This document shows, in pieces, positions 30,495 to 38,682 of a DNA stretch of 38,682 bases. Position 1 is the first letter of the stretch. Each line of letters opens with the position of its first letter. The DNA lies in the NCBI GenBank assembly GCA_051749005.1, contig JBNJIC010000001.1, forward strand, positions 1 to 38,682, read 5' to 3'. A program made the position numbers and the translations under genes. The stretch is from Halobacteriota archaeon. GTDB taxonomy: Archaea; Halobacteriota; Methanosarcinia; Methanosarcinales; Methanosarcinaceae. Below the pieces are notes generated by a model, which saw only the letters and a program-made list of their open reading frames with translations, was not told where the DNA came from and ran no database searches.

Positions 30495-30508
30495 TCCGGG
30501 GTATCATT

Positions 30509-32005
30509 ATGTTCAAAAAAGTACTCATAGCTAACAGAGGTGAGATCGCCATACGCGTCATGCGTGCTTGCAGAGAGCTTGGTGTCTCTACGGTTGCTGT
30601 TTATTCAGAAGCCGATAAGAATGCTCTCTTCTCAAAATATGCCGATGAGGCTTATCTGATCGGCCCTGCTCCTTCAAGCCAGAGCTATCTGAATATGGAT
30701 AAGATCCTGGAAGTTGCAAAGGAGTCAGGAGCAGAAGCTATCCATCCCGGGTATGGTTTTCTTTCCGAGAATTCCGTGTTCGCAAAGAAATGTGAGGATA
30801 GCGGAATTACCTTTATCGGACCTACAAGTGATGCGATCGAAAAGATGGGTAGCAAGATTGCTGCTAGGTCGCTCATGATCGAGGCCGGTGTTCCTGTAGT
30901 TCCCGGATACGATAAGGCTATCGAGGATGTCGATGAGGCTATTGAGATCGCAAATTCGATTGGATACCCTGTAATGATCAAGGCGTCTGCTGGCGGTGGT
31001 GGTATTGGTATGAAGATAGTCCACTCAAAGGATGAGTTCAGATCATCACTGGAATCTATCCAGTCAGTTGCTCAATCCGCTTTTGGTGATTCCACTGTAT
31101 TTGTTGAGAAATACGTTGAGGAGCCTCGTCATATTGAGTTCCAGATACTTGCTGACAATTACGGTAATACCATTTATGTATCAGACAGGGAATGTTCCAT
31201 ACAGCGTAGACACCAGAAACTCATGGAGGAAGCACCTTCACCTATAATGACACCTGAACTTCGCAAGAAGATGGGGGATGCTGCAGTAAAGGCAGCAAAA
31301 TCGATAGGATATAGGAATGCAGGTACAGTAGAGTTCCTATATTCAAAAGGCGATTTCTACTTCCTTGAGGTCAATACACGTCTTCAGGTGGAACATGGTA
31401 TCACTGAGCTTGTAACAGGTATCGATCTGGCGAAACAGCAGATACTCATCGCAGATGGTGAAAAACTGCCTTTCAGGCAGGAGGATATCAAGATACAGGG
31501 TCATGCTATAGAATGCCGTATCAATGCCGAGGATCCACTGAACGACTTTACACCTTCACCAGGTAAGATCAAAGGATATCGTTCACCGGGAGGTCCGGGT
31601 GTTCGTATGGACAGTGGTGTCTATATGGGCTACACCATTCCTCCGTACTATGATTCCATGATAGCGAAACTGAGTACGTGGGGCAGTGATCGTGAGGAGG
31701 CTATCAACAGGATGAAAAGAGCTCTTTATGAGTTTGTGATAATTGGTGTCACTACCAATATCCCTTTCCACAAGGCTGTTTTGGACAATGAGGCATTCGT
31801 ACGTGGAGATCTGACTACGCACTTCATTGATGACTATAACATCATAGAAGATGTCAAAAAGGTCATCGAGAATGAGCATGAAAAGAATATCACTCTGGGA
31901 TCAGTGCTTAATTCCAATTCCAGGAAAGCTGCAGCTGCCGGTGTGGCAGTTGGTTCCTATGTGAATGCTGCAAAACAGAAGATGAACGATCAACAAACTA
32001 AATAA
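30509..32005 (+). CDS. pycA: Pyruvate carboxylase subunit A (biotin carboxylase)
   Basis: [64 protein letters not shown]. Confidence 0.96.
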   Translation: MFKKVLIANRGEIAIRVMRACRELGVSTVAVYSEADKNALFSKYADEAYLIGPAPSSQSYLNMDKILEVAKESGAEAIHPGYGFLSENSVFAKKCEDSGITFIGPTSDAIEKMGSKIAARSLMIEAGVPVVPGYDKAIEDVDEAIEIANSIGYPVMIKASAGGGGIGMKIVHSKDEFRSSLESIQSVAQSAFGDSTVFVEKYVEEPRHIEFQILADNYGNTIYVSDRECSIQRRHQKLMEEAPSPIMTPELRKKMGDAAVKAAKSIGYRNAGTVEFLYSKGDFYFLEVNTRLQVEHGITELVTGIDLAKQQILIADGEKLPFRQEDIKIQGHAIECRINAEDPLNDFTPSPGKIKGYRSPGGPGVRMDSGVYMGYTIPPYYDSMIAKLSTWGSDREEAINRMKRALYEFVIIGVTTNIPFHKAVLDNEAFVRGDLTTHFIDDYNIIEDVKKVIENEHEKNITLGSVLNSNSRKAAAAGVAVGSYVNAAKQKMNDQQTK

Positions 32006-32056
32006 GGTCTGTTGACATTTCTTTTATAGTGACATTTTGATTTGGGGGTCTCTATC

Positions 32057-33022
32057 TTGGTTGACAGGAAAATGGATATTATAAGGGCTTTGAAAGAAGC
32101 GGGAGATACACCCATCTCCGGGGAGGATATGGGTGAGAAACTGGGTATCTCGCGTACAATGATATGGAAATACATAAAGAATCTGGAAGAGGATGGCTAC
32201 GTTATCGAATCATCTCCCGGGGCAGGGTATGTTCTTGTTTCCACCCCTGATAAACTCTATCCGGCTGAGATCAGCATTGGGCTTGATACTTCAATTATTG
32301 GGAAAGAAATTCACTATTTTAAGACAGTTGATTCGACCAATGATATGGCAAAAAAAATTGGTCTTAAGGCCGAAGAAGGCACCATTGTTGTCGCCGAAGT
32401 GCAGGAAAACGGACGTGGTCGCAAAGGAGATAAGTGGATATCTCCAAAGGGAGGCATATGGCTTTCTGTTATCCTTAAACCGTCTATCCTCCCTGCTCAT
32501 GCACCCCGACTTACTCTTATGGCAGGGGTTGCTGTTGCCAATACCATGAGACAATTTGGTGTCGATGCATGTATAAAATGGCCAAATGATGTTGTCATTG
32601 GTAAAAAGAAGATATGTGGTATCCTGACTGAAATGGATGCAGAGGCTGATCATATTGGCTTTGTGATTATTGGAATTGGCATCAATGCCAATATTCCTGT
32701 TGAAGAGCTTCCGGAAGAATTGAGGGAGGGTTCCATGAGCCTGAGTTCCATTAAAGGAGAACGCATAAACAGGGTGGAGTTCGTTCAGGCTTTGCTAAGA
32801 TCCCTTGAAACAGAATACTTACGTTTCAAAGTAGATGGCTTCACTAAGATCCTGGATGACTGGATCTCTTTGTCCAATACTATCGGAAGGCATGTTGAAG
32901 TTATAACTCCTCACAAGATCATCACAGGAATAGTTAATGGAATTAATGCCGATGGTGCTCTGATAGTTGAAAATGATGAAGGTGTGTATGAAGTCATTGC
33001 AGGAAGATGTATCTATAAATGA
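32057..33022 (+). CDS. birA: Bifunctional biotin-protein ligase / repressor with N-terminal HTH
   Basis: ISGEDMGEKLGISRTMIWKYI HTH, DSTND, Q..GRGR, KWPND, KKICGIL, GIGIN. TTG start at 32057 inferred from the GGGGGT RBS. Confidence 0.94.
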   Translation: MVDRKMDIIRALKEAGDTPISGEDMGEKLGISRTMIWKYIKNLEEDGYVIESSPGAGYVLVSTPDKLYPAEISIGLDTSIIGKEIHYFKTVDSTNDMAKKIGLKAEEGTIVVAEVQENGRGRKGDKWISPKGGIWLSVILKPSILPAHAPRLTLMAGVAVANTMRQFGVDACIKWPNDVVIGKKKICGILTEMDAEADHIGFVIIGIGINANIPVEELPEELREGSMSLSSIKGERINRVEFVQALLRSLETEYLRFKVDGFTKILDDWISLSNTIGRHVEVITPHKIITGIVNGINADGALIVENDEGVYEVIAGRCIYK

Positions 33023-33585
33023 TGGTGTTTGATTTGACCACTGGTAGAAATTACAGTCTTTTTATCCTGCTCTTTTTCTTTTTAATTTCGTTTTTAGCAA
33101 TCCCAGTTTCTGGAGCTCAGGTAAATACTGAAGTACTGGTGGATGGTGCCGGTATATTCATAGAATCAGGTGGTTCATGGGAGTTCAGCCAGGGATATGT
33201 CTTTGTTGTCAAGAATGTGAATGAAGATGGTGGCGCATGGGTGGAACTTATGCTTAATGGCGCTCTTTTGGAAGATGCTATCCTTCAGGAAGGAGATTCT
33301 TTTGTGTATTCCCATAATTCGATAGAGATTTTAAATATGACCGTTGATACTGTTTATTACGGTCCTGATGCTGAACTGATAACTTTTAAACCAGTTTACC
33401 AGTATCTTGACCCTTCTCTGCCGGCTCCTCTTCCTGAAGATCCGGATATATCCTCCAACGAATCGGATGTATCGTCTATCCCGGATGATGGTCCTGATGA
33501 AAATATTCCGGGTTTTGATATTTTGATGGTGATATCAGCTTTGGCATTGGTCTTTATTTCTAGTCACTTTTTTAGAAGGAAATAA
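33019..33585 (+). CDS. Small cell-surface protein with S-layer-like domain and PGF-CTERM sorting signal
   Basis: Signal peptide (..IPVSGA), segment QGYVFVVKNVNEDGGAWVELMLNG..EGDSFVY resembling Methanosarcinales S-layer repeats, acidic/Pro linker, then IPGF + hydrophobic helix + RRK. Confidence 0.78.
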   Translation: MMVFDLTTGRNYSLFILLFFFLISFLAIPVSGAQVNTEVLVDGAGIFIESGGSWEFSQGYVFVVKNVNEDGGAWVELMLNGALLEDAILQEGDSFVYSHNSIEILNMTVDTVYYGPDAELITFKPVYQYLDPSLPAPLPEDPDISSNESDVSSIPDDGPDENIPGFDILMVISALALVFISSHFFRRK

Positions 33586-33732
33586 AAGCTTTTAGGGAGG
33601 ATTCCAAAAGCAATAGTTTGGCTAGGAAGTTGTCAGAAAAATAAGATGGGATTGATATGATAAGATAAAATATACAAGTTAAAAAGCAAACTAAACAAAA
33701 TTAAAAGTAAAAAAAGTTAGAAATTCTTAAGT

Positions 33733-34659
33733 TCAGAACTTAAGATCTCCCTTTTCCATTAGCAATTTGAGGTCCTGAAGGCTCATCTTTCCTGTCTTCT
33801 CAAACTTCTCTTTTGCAACACTGTGCTTTTCATCTATCTTTTTCTCATCCTTTTCAAGCTGCATATCGTTGAGTCTGTCAAGATATACACTGAGCTCATC
33901 CCTTAGCTGTGATATCTTTGCCTTTAACGGGTCGATCTTTTCTCTTATAGGAGCTACCACATTGTATGTTTCTTTGATCTGGGAATGATACATGTCTGCT
34001 TCCTTTCGAAGCTCATCGACCTTCTTGTAGCTCTCGAGCATTGCAAGGTGGTGTTTCTGTGATTCTTCTGCAAGCTCCTTGATGTTCCCGCCAGGTGTAC
34101 CATCAGCCTTGTAAATGGATTCGGATTGTTTGTACGTATCTACTATCTTCTTGTGAATCTCATCTGCAGTGCTGGCAGAGTCGATTCTCTGTTTGAGGTC
34201 TGTCAGTCTTGAGAAAATATCTATCTCATGTTTCAGTGGTATATCAGCGTTAAGAAACTTATCCAGTTCTGCTGCATATGCCTTTGTGAGGGAATCCACA
34301 CTTCCTCTGGAAAGCTTGTTGTATTCATCACGTTTTGCTTTGAGTTCAGAGATACTGCCTGAGATCTTGTCTTTCTCGCCACGTATTTTCTCATTTGAAG
34401 CTTTGATCTCAGCTATCCTGTTGTTGACCTCATCACGCAGTTTCTTCTCTTCACGGGCTTTTGATGCAAGTTCTTTTACCTGTGAGTTTAGTTTGTCCCT
34501 TTTCTCTTTAAGTTCATCAATGTTTGTTCGGTGGAGCTTGAGTTCCCTGAAGACGCCTTTAAGTGTACGTTCGTTCTGTGAGATCTTTGTCCTGTAATCG
34601 TTGACAACATTCTTGAGATCTTTCTCGGTCATTGTTGCCGGATCCTGTAGTTCGCTCAT
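33733..34659 (-). CDS. Archaeal coiled-coil protein (COG1340-like)
   Basis: All-helical K/E-rich heptads, repeated KRDxLN/KRDEYN, C-terminal EKFEKTGKMSLQDL. Confidence 0.75.
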   Translation of the reverse strand: MSELQDPATMTEKDLKNVVNDYRTKISQNERTLKGVFRELKLHRTNIDELKEKRDKLNSQVKELASKAREEKKLRDEVNNRIAEIKASNEKIRGEKDKISGSISELKAKRDEYNKLSRGSVDSLTKAYAAELDKFLNADIPLKHEIDIFSRLTDLKQRIDSASTADEIHKKIVDTYKQSESIYKADGTPGGNIKELAEESQKHHLAMLESYKKVDELRKEADMYHSQIKETYNVVAPIREKIDPLKAKISQLRDELSVYLDRLNDMQLEKDEKKIDEKHSVAKEKFEKTGKMSLQDLKLLMEKGDLKF

Positions 34660-35318
34660 GCGTCTGCCTCCTGGGTTTTCTCTTCTTTTGAAGGGAAATT
34701 TTCCCAGTACTGAAGTGCCTCATTATGGCTCTTTATCCTGTTCTCAAGCCAGCCATGGCGAGGTGTGAGTTCCTTGAGTTCCTCTATTGATTTCTGCAAG
34801 GTGCTCTCAAAGTCATTTTCAGTACCATTGATGCCTGCAAGCTCAGTACTTGAGGAAATGGCTTCATTTACTCTTGTACTGATCTGATTAACTGCTTTCT
34901 GGATATCTTCCTGAATTCCCATGCCATTAAGTTTACTGAGAAGTTCTTCAACTATTTTTTTTTCTTCATCGATATCAAAAGCACGTTTTACTTTGGTAAT
35001 GTCATCTTTTACACCATGCATCAATTTATTGTCAAGCAATTTTTCATCTATTTCATCGAACATCTCTTCGAGAACATTCTCTGCCTGATGGTACAACTGC
35101 TGACGTTTTTCTTTTAGCAGCTCTATGCGGCTTAAAACATCTTCCTTGTCCTTCTTTGAAGATTCGATCTGTTCTTTCAGTGCCTTCACTTTCTCTTCGA
35201 GCCCGCTGAACTCGCGGTTGTATTCTTCAAGAAGTCGTTTGTGCTTTGTGATCACATTCCTGACCAGTTCATTCCTGTCAAGAATGGAGATTTCATTACT
35301 TTGTGTACTCTCACTCAT
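34656..35318 (-). CDS. Uncharacterised coiled-coil protein
   Basis: K/E-rich heptads; its stop overlaps the next start (ATGA, 34659-34656). Confidence 0.75.
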   Translation of the reverse strand: MSESTQSNEISILDRNELVRNVITKHKRLLEEYNREFSGLEEKVKALKEQIESSKKDKEDVLSRIELLKEKRQQLYHQAENVLEEMFDEIDEKLLDNKLMHGVKDDITKVKRAFDIDEEKKIVEELLSKLNGMGIQEDIQKAVNQISTRVNEAISSSTELAGINGTENDFESTLQKSIEELKELTPRHGWLENRIKSHNEALQYWENFPSKEEKTQEADA

Positions 35319-35377
35319 AGTTCCACCAAATTTATGTCAGAATTTTGATGTGTGTAATCTATAGTTATAATTTGGAA

Positions 35378-35668
35378 TTATAATCTGTATAGTTGTGCAT
35401 GCGGAATCCTTTCGATATATATTATGCATCCGGGGTCTATCAGACCTGCATCAACAGCACATTTTACTGCACGAGTGCCAAATATATTTGCTGTTGTTGC
35501 ATTTGTTATAGCCTCAATCACCCTTTCTTCAGGTGCGATCTCACCTTTGTAGAATGATTCGGTTATCTCAACAACCAGCTCGCCCTTCCTTAGTTTTTTA
35601 CCAATCAGTTCCCTGTCACAGACCGCGACGATCATCTGATTTCCGGATTTGTGTATCTTCAGGTACAT
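35378..35668 (-). CDS. DUF424 family protein
   Basis: VAVCDRELIGK, FYKGE, ANIFG..AV..A...G, IPHAQ pattern. Confidence 0.85.
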   Translation of the reverse strand: MYLKIHKSGNQMIVAVCDRELIGKKLRKGELVVEITESFYKGEIAPEERVIEAITNATTANIFGTRAVKCAVDAGLIDPGCIIYIERIPHAQLYRL

Positions 35669-35676
35669 GTGTTCAC

Positions 35677-37776
35677 TTATACTATTTTTATATGTTTATT
35701 ATCAGGCGAAAGCAAGTCTCCCTGTCTTTTCATTTTTGTGACAAGCTCTTCTGCACGTTCCCTGCCTATTCCTTCACTCTCGGCTTCTGCATATACCTCT
35801 TCCAGAGGTGCCTTGGAACCTGCATGTCTTTCACTGACGCGGCTAATAATATCTTTCACAAGGTGAATCTTATCCCTCTGGCTCTTGCTCGTACCCGAGG
35901 CGATAACATCTACGTCCAGTGCACCAGTATCGGGGTCAACCCCTACCTGTCTCATACATGCCATGGAAATTCTTGTAGTCCTCTTTGCATCATCCAATGT
36001 AACTACATTACTTAAACGTATGCGAGCACTTGCTTCAGCAAGCCTTACAAGAGCTTCCAGCTGTCTTGCTGTGACCGGAACTGGTGAATCCTTTCCCTCC
36101 CCCTGTCTTCGGAGGTCAAGATAGAAATTGATCAGATGTTCACGTGCATCGTCTTCCATAATCGGGAAAACTTTCCTTCGTGCATATGCCACATATTTTC
36201 GCATAAAGTTATTGTCGATTACGGGCAGGATAACTTCCATATGAGATGCCACATCTTCTTCTGAAACTTTTGATGTCGCAAGCTTTTGCCTTTGTTCCGA
36301 GAGTTCTCCAGCATAATGGGCTTTCAGTATATGGTTTGCTATGTTACTGTCCTTTGTACGGTCGGGGACATCAAGAAGTATGAAGATAAGGTCAAACCTG
36401 GAAATAAGTGCAGGTGGCATGTTTATCTGTTCAGCAAGTCCTTCGTACTTGTCGAATCTTCCGTATTTCGGGTTGGCAGCACCAAGGAGTGCACATCTTG
36501 ATTTGAGTGTTGCAAGGATTCCTGCTTTTGCTACACTGATCGTCTGCTGTTCCATGGCCTCGTGCAGTGCACTCTTATCTTCCCTGCTCATTTTATCCAT
36601 TTCATCCACTGATGCCAGACCCATGTCTGCCATGACAAGAGCACCGGCTTCCAGTGTCCAGCGTCCGTCTCCAAGGTCATCCTTGACAGCTGCGGCCGTC
36701 AGACCACTGGATGATGCGCTTTTACCGGATGCGAACACTCCTCTGGGCGAGATCTTTACCATATAACGTAGCAACTGACTTTTTGCGATACCGGGGTCAC
36801 CGACCAGAAGGATGTGTATGTCACCTCTGACACGGGAGCCATCAGGTAACATTTTCGGGACGGCTGAGAAAAGTTGAAGGCTGAGTGCTTCCTTTATGTC
36901 CTCGTATCCATAGATAGATGGTGCAATTGATCCGATTATATTGTTGTAGATGTTTTGATCCTTGCTCATCTCAAGTATTGTTTCTTCATCTTCCGGTGTT
37001 ATGTTAAGCTCATCGAATTCCTGATCCACATATTCGATGGAGTTTGCATGGAGGATAAGGTCATAAAATGTTGATTTGCCCTCTCTCAACGTTCTCTGGT
37101 GTGAACGAAGTATTCCGTTTATTACAAGACGGTCGCCGGGTTTAACAAGTCCTGCAAGGTCATCTTCTGCATCAACGTCGAGACTTTGTGGCTGTGTACC
37201 TCCTTTAAGGTTCTCCGGTGACTCCTGAATCTGAAGTTTCTGAGCATCTACGAAAGTGGACTGGTCTATAAGTAATTTGAAAGGTCCTTTCTTTCCGCAT
37301 GATTCGTTCTCACATTCAGTAGGCTCTACGAACTTTGTCCCTTCCTGAGGCTCATAGCTTGTGTTCTCACACCGCATGCACATGAATGCTGCGTTTGTTA
37401 TCTTTGGCCTTACCTCTGTGGCTTTGCGTATCATCCCTTCGATGGATATGAATTTCAAAAGGTGCTTGCTACGGAGGTCTCTTATACCAATGCGGTTCGG
37501 GATATTTATGAACTGGACATGTGCATCATCAAGATCTTTTTCTATAGGGATGTCGATATCCCGAATTGCATGTTCTGCATAGGGGATCACATCGTCAGGA
37601 TGCTCAAGCAGTTCATGTGCAAGGTCTGAATCGAATTGCTCAAGGTCCGGGAAATCGACCACAATGCTTCTCATTTCGGGATATTCGTTGGCCAGCAGAA
37701 GGATATCGTCCCAATAGTATCTTTTCAGAAAATCCCTGAATTTTTCATCCCATTTAATTTCACTCATCTGATCCAC
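35677..37776 (-). CDS. mcm: Replicative helicase MCM, intein-free
   Basis: Zn finger CMRC..C....C, IAPSIYG, Walker A GDPGIAKSQ, LEAGALV, Walker B VDEMDKM, AANP, Arg finger SRFD, TARQLE, C-terminal winged helix. Confidence 0.98.
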   Translation of the reverse strand: MDQMSEIKWDEKFRDFLKRYYWDDILLLANEYPEMRSIVVDFPDLEQFDSDLAHELLEHPDDVIPYAEHAIRDIDIPIEKDLDDAHVQFINIPNRIGIRDLRSKHLLKFISIEGMIRKATEVRPKITNAAFMCMRCENTSYEPQEGTKFVEPTECENESCGKKGPFKLLIDQSTFVDAQKLQIQESPENLKGGTQPQSLDVDAEDDLAGLVKPGDRLVINGILRSHQRTLREGKSTFYDLILHANSIEYVDQEFDELNITPEDEETILEMSKDQNIYNNIIGSIAPSIYGYEDIKEALSLQLFSAVPKMLPDGSRVRGDIHILLVGDPGIAKSQLLRYMVKISPRGVFASGKSASSSGLTAAAVKDDLGDGRWTLEAGALVMADMGLASVDEMDKMSREDKSALHEAMEQQTISVAKAGILATLKSRCALLGAANPKYGRFDKYEGLAEQINMPPALISRFDLIFILLDVPDRTKDSNIANHILKAHYAGELSEQRQKLATSKVSEEDVASHMEVILPVIDNNFMRKYVAYARRKVFPIMEDDAREHLINFYLDLRRQGEGKDSPVPVTARQLEALVRLAEASARIRLSNVVTLDDAKRTTRISMACMRQVGVDPDTGALDVDVIASGTSKSQRDKIHLVKDIISRVSERHAGSKAPLEEVYAEAESEGIGRERAEELVTKMKRQGDLLSPDNKHIKIV

Positions 37777-37885
37777 ATTTGTCCTTTTTTAGAATGATTA
37801 TGCCTGTATCGCAGTTAAAAACATCATAATACATATCAATATTTCGAGCCGATATAATCATCATTAAATATGTAAGAAGCTACTT

Positions 37886-38599
37886 TCACTTGATCAGTTG
37901 CTGTATCCTTCCAAAAAAACCTCTTAATGTCTGCACTTCTCTTGGCATGAGCTGTGCTCTCCCTAATATCCTCTTGAACATAAGATGTGTTTTTTCTTTT
38001 TTATGTTCCGGGTACTGGATGTCGTCCAGAAGCTCTCCTATGTGCTCGTTAAGAAGTCTGAGATCAAAGCCATCTGCAAGTTGCCGCTCTCCGGCTTCTA
38101 TCTGACTTAGTTCGTATAATATTATTGTCGTAGCATGTGACAAATTCATTATCGGATATATGGATGAGGTTGGAATACTTACTATCATATTGCTCATCCT
38201 GAGCTCTTCGTTCGTGAACCCGTTATCTTCCCTGCCAAATAGAACCGCAACGGTTCCACTTGTGTCGTTGAACTTGTCCTTGAGTTCGCGCGGAGTGTAT
38301 GGTGGCATGCGTATATGCTCATCCATTTTTATTCCGGTTATACCGGTAGTTGCTACCACCACATCGGCTCCTTCTATAGCTTCTTCGATGTTAGTTACAA
38401 CGTTTGCTTTCTCAAGTACATCCCATGCATGTGATGCCAGTGCACGTGCTTCATTTCCCAGATTGCATGGGTTGACCAGTACGAGGTCACTGTACCCAAA
38501 GTTTTTCATAGCTCTTGCTACTGAGCCGACATTTCCCTGGTACAACGGCTCCACCAGAACTATCCTCAAATTAAAAGTCATCTCATTCTTCAATATCAT
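37886..38599 (-). CDS. trmJ: SPOUT tRNA 2'-O-methyltransferase, TrmJ/TrmH group 1
   Basis: IVLVEP..GNVGSVARAMKNFG, FGREDNG, IPT...YPIMNLSHA. Start uncertain (possibly ATG near 38581). Confidence 0.88.
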   Translation of the reverse strand: MILKNEMTFNLRIVLVEPLYQGNVGSVARAMKNFGYSDLVLVNPCNLGNEARALASHAWDVLEKANVVTNIEEAIEGADVVVATTGITGIKMDEHIRMPPYTPRELKDKFNDTSGTVAVLFGREDNGFTNEELRMSNMIVSIPTSSIYPIMNLSHATTIILYELSQIEAGERQLADGFDLRLLNEHIGELLDDIQYPEHKKEKTHLMFKRILGRAQLMPREVQTLRGFFGRIQQLIK

Positions 38600-38682
38600 T
38601 AATACATGTATAATTTACGCAATTATGTGCCTTTTATTTGTTCTGATATGCTGATATACACACAGAACTGTCATAATGACAC

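Overview
Core chromosomal segment of a methanogenic archaeon of the Methanosarcinaceae (Methanococcoides-like; the genus is an inference). It contains rnj (truncated by the window edge), GGPP synthase, an AmmeMemoRadiSam radical SAM gene and a tRNA-Asn/tRNA-Ile2(CAT) pair. These are followed by a decayed phosphoribosyltransferase, an ArsR/TauE module, a membrane-glycosylation-type trio, hflX, proAB, the complete mcrBDCGA operon with divergent mmp10, PolD large subunit, pycBA-birA, a PGF-CTERM surface protein, two coiled-coil genes, DUF424, MCM and a TrmJ-type methylase. No transposase, integrase, CRISPR array or intein was seen. Three signals stand out. (1) A tandem pair of ~80-nt structured putative small-RNA genes lies between hflX and a PHP gene, each with its own TATA box, palindromic TTCG-N8-CGAA box and U-tract at identical spacing. 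(2) A receiver-PAS-histidine kinase has its phospho-His replaced by Tyr and its receiver Asp replaced by Gly while the ATPase motifs stay intact. (3) A perfect 26-bp inverted repeat sits directly upstream of that kinase. All calls come from reading motifs by eye; no searches were run.
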